Positions 63,790 to 64,000 of a stretch of 64,000 bases of DNA are shown here, in pieces. Both the position numbers and the translations under genes were made by a program. The notes under the pieces were generated by a model. That model worked only from the letters and a program-made list of their open reading frames with translations, was not told the origin of the DNA and did not search any database. This DNA comes from an uncultured Acidobacteriota bacterium (lineage in GTDB: Bacteria > Acidobacteriota > UBA6911). Positions within the stretch are counted from its first letter, which is position 1. Each line of letters begins with the position of its first letter. The stretch lies in NCBI GenBank assembly GCA_963843575.1, contig CAWJKZ010000014.1:320001-384000 (forward strand), in the 5' to 3' direction.

Positions 63790-64000
63790 TCAGGGGTTCG
63801 TCTTTATGAACGAGCCCAGCCCGTCCTTTTTCAATCGCAGCTGCATCGCGGCGGCATCCGCGCGGCTCGTGAACCTGCCGACCTTCAGCAGGAACAGCGT
63901 GTTTGGCGCGACCGGCGCTTCGATCAGCGGGTCGTACCCCTTGGACTTCAGGACCGCCGCCTTCGCCTCGACCTCCCGCCGCTGGCGGAACGCGCCGACC
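63790..64000 (-). CDS. SPOR-domain protein, C-terminal part (5' end outside window)
   Basis: VGAFRQRREVEAKAAVLKSKGY...LKVGRFTSRADAAAMQLRLKKDG...*. Confidence 0.8.
   Translation of the reverse strand, partial: VGAFRQRREVEAKAAVLKSKGYDPLIEAPVAPNTLFLLKVGRFTSRADAAAMQLRLKKDGLGSFIKTNP

Overview
GC-rich bacterial chromosome segment, most likely Acidobacteriota. The taxonomy is inferred from an Oar-type TonB receptor, a giant LptC/LptA-like protein and a FecR-DUF6600 protein. Many single-base frameshifts fall in otherwise conserved genes (msbA-like, lnt, ptsI, pepE, NRPS), which points to uncorrected long-read indels rather than mass pseudogenisation. About 1.3-26.8 kb, between tRNA-Val(CAC) and tRNA-Gly(CCC), is accessory-looking. 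It holds secreted HEAT and SBBP/FG-GAP proteins, pepE, an FMN reductase, a leuB-family gene, a TonB receptor and a compact two-gene NRPS. The NRPS has no thioesterase; it ends in a domain resembling cyanobacterial acyl-ACP reductase, and its second gene has an adenylation domain lacking the alpha-amino-binding Asp. From 27 kb onward the content is mainly housekeeping: pyrG, kdsDAB, priA, udg, era, coaBC, rpoZ, gmk, yicC, msbA-like, a transporter-less PTS/rpoN/lptB cluster, prfB with its programmed frameshift, and lnt. It also carries an uncharacterised operon (two Ddl-like ATP-grasp ligases, a GNAT and a lysine 2,3-aminomutase-type radical SAM enzyme) that runs directly into kdsBAD, plus small palindromic/MITE-like elements between pyrG and kdsD. 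The two best candidates for undescribed systems are the AAR-terminated NRPS and the Ddl-Ddl-GNAT-KamA operon. All product calls come from motif recognition, without database searches.
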